Of a DNA stretch of 36,055 bases, positions 34,539-36,055 are shown in pieces (position 1 is the first letter of the stretch; each line of letters starts with the position of its first letter). Below the pieces are notes generated by a model that was given only the letters and a program-made list of their open reading frames with translations, was not told where the DNA came from and searched no databases. The translations under genes and the position numbers were made by a program. Source of the DNA: Candidatus Methylomirabilales bacterium (lineage in GTDB: Bacteria; Methylomirabilota; Methylomirabilia; Methylomirabilales; CSP1-5); NCBI GenBank assembly GCA_046758505.1, contig JBHIAH010000022.1, positions 1 through 36,055 of the forward strand, in the 5' to 3' direction.

Positions 34539-35780
34539 ATGATCCGCGCGTGTCGGCGGGTCCTCACTCTCCTCGTCGTGACTGCGGCGGTTCCCCTGGC
34601 TGCCCAGGAAGTCGCAACCCATAATCAGCGCGGGGTCGCCCTGAGCGCCGAGGGGCGGCACCGGGAGGCGATTGCCGAGTTCGAGAAAGCCTTGCGCCTG
34701 GCTCCGTCCGAGCCGGTGGTCCGCCGGAATCTGGCCCATGCCCACGGGAACCTCGGGGCCACCCTGCTTCAGGACCGGGCGTTTCAAGACGCCGTGGTGG
34801 AGTATCGGGCGGCGATCGAGTTGTTACCGACGGAGTCACGATTTCACATGGGGTTGGGGCTGGGGTTCCTCGGGCTCCAAGATCCGGACCGGGCGGCGGA
34901 GGCCTTGCGAGAGGCGCGGGACCTGAATCCGCAGGCAGAAAAGGTGCATCGGCTGCTGGGGGAGGCCTATTATCAACGAGGGGATATCGTCCAGGCGCTC
35001 AGCACCTGGGAAGAGGGGCTGAGAATCCACCCCGGCGATCGGGAGCTCAAGCGACTCATCGCGCAGGCCGAAGGGGAACGGAAGGTATACGAAAAGTACC
35101 ACCGCCGGCCCGGCCACCACTTCACGCTCCGGTACGTGGGGGGGGTCCAAGAAGAGCTTGGGAGAGAAATCTTGCACGTGCTGGAGCGGGCCTACGAGGA
35201 GGTGGGCTACAACCTGAATCACTACCCCCGGCACGCGGTGGAGGTCATCATTTACTCGGACGAGGACTTTCAAGCCCTCACCGAGCTCCCGGTATGGGTG
35301 GGGGGGGCCTTCGATGAGCGGGGTGGGCGGATCCGGATTCCGATCCGTGGAATCAGGCAGGCGGCGGATCTCACCGCGCTCTTGTATCATGAATACACGC
35401 ATGTGGTCATTCGGGACATCACCGCAGGGAGGGTTCCCGCCTGGCTGAACGAGGGATTGGCCCTGATCGAGCAGCGAACGCCCATGGATGGTGCAGTCGA
35501 CTCGGTGCGGCAATTGGCCGCGCAAGGGAAGCTCCCCTCGTTGAGGACCCTGAACGGCACCTTTGTGGGATTGACGGGGCCGGAGGCGTCTGTGGCCTAT
35601 GCGGTCAGTTACGCCGCCACCAGGTATCTCATCGAGCGATGGAGCCTGTGGGATGCCCAGCGCCTTCTGCACCAGCTGGGGGAAGGGGTGCCCTTCGAGA
35701 AGGCCCTTGAGGAGACGACGCGGCTGACGCTCGCAGAGTTTGAGCAAGAGTGGACCGCATCGGTTGCCACGGGCAAGTGA
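34539..35780 (+). CDS. Secreted TPR-repeat protein with a C-terminal MA-clan (gluzincin-like) metallopeptidase domain
   Basis: Signal peptide (..VPLAA-Q), several TPRs, HEYTH followed by PAWLNEGLA, and AY..SY. GGAGAGG RBS. Confidence 0.85.
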   Translation: MIRACRRVLTLLVVTAAVPLAAQEVATHNQRGVALSAEGRHREAIAEFEKALRLAPSEPVVRRNLAHAHGNLGATLLQDRAFQDAVVEYRAAIELLPTESRFHMGLGLGFLGLQDPDRAAEALREARDLNPQAEKVHRLLGEAYYQRGDIVQALSTWEEGLRIHPGDRELKRLIAQAEGERKVYEKYHRRPGHHFTLRYVGGVQEELGREILHVLERAYEEVGYNLNHYPRHAVEVIIYSDEDFQALTELPVWVGGAFDERGGRIRIPIRGIRQAADLTALLYHEYTHVVIRDITAGRVPAWLNEGLALIEQRTPMDGAVDSVRQLAAQGKLPSLRTLNGTFVGLTGPEASVAYAVSYAATRYLIERWSLWDAQRLLHQLGEGVPFEKALEETTRLTLAEFEQEWTASVATGK

Positions 35781-35878
35781 AGGCGGCGTGACCATTGCTG
35801 GAGGAAGCGGGGATAGGGAGAGCACGGGACGAGGGCGGATCCGCCCACGGGAGCCGGCTCATCCTGACGCATTGCGGG

Positions 35879-35955
<77 letters not shown>

Positions 35956-36000
35956 GCGCCTTGGGGATGGTGAGGCAGGGGGGAAAGGGAGGGGTCACCC

Positions 36001-36055
36001 ATGGCCAAGCAAAAATTCGCGCGGACCAAAGAACACGTCAACATCGGCACCATCG
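36001..36055 (+). CDS. tuf: Elongation factor Tu (5' end, truncated by the window edge)
   Basis: Translates to MAKQKFARTKEHVNIGTI. GGAGG RBS; follows the Thr-Tyr-Gly-Thr tRNA cluster. Confidence 0.93.
   Translation, partial: MAKQKFARTKEHVNIGTI

Overview
GC-rich bacterial chromosomal window with two parts. (1) An accessory, envelope-biased region at about 0.1-15.1 kb holds a tctCBA tripartite tricarboxylate transporter, an orphan queD, two tandem signal peptidase I paralogs, several hypotheticals, a pseudopilin-like lipoprotein, DUF427, two DUF3047 paralogs, an SH3 lipoprotein, a dCache-HAMP-GGDEF diguanylate cyclase and a CmpX-like TM-helix repeat protein. Six of these genes have a correctly oriented and spaced sigma-54 (-24/-12) motif, YGG-N8-TTGCA, which suggests an undescribed RpoN-dependent envelope regulon. 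(2) A housekeeping region at about 15.2-36 kb holds DUF1844, yjbQ, leuB, engB, TPR, lolB-like, ispE, tRNA-Gln, prs, rplY, pth, rpsF, ssb, rpsR, rplI, dnaB, radA, carD, PIN/TRAM, ispD, ispF, cysS, rlmB, then the tRNA-Thr/Tyr/Gly/Thr-tuf cluster. That cluster is interrupted by a secreted TPR-HEXXH metallopeptidase gene. Other notable non-coding signals are two inverted heptamer-repeat arrays, a multi-stem RNA candidate in the radA leader and a G-tract upstream of queD. No CRISPR array, transposase or integrase was seen. All calls come from reading the sequence by eye; no database search was run.
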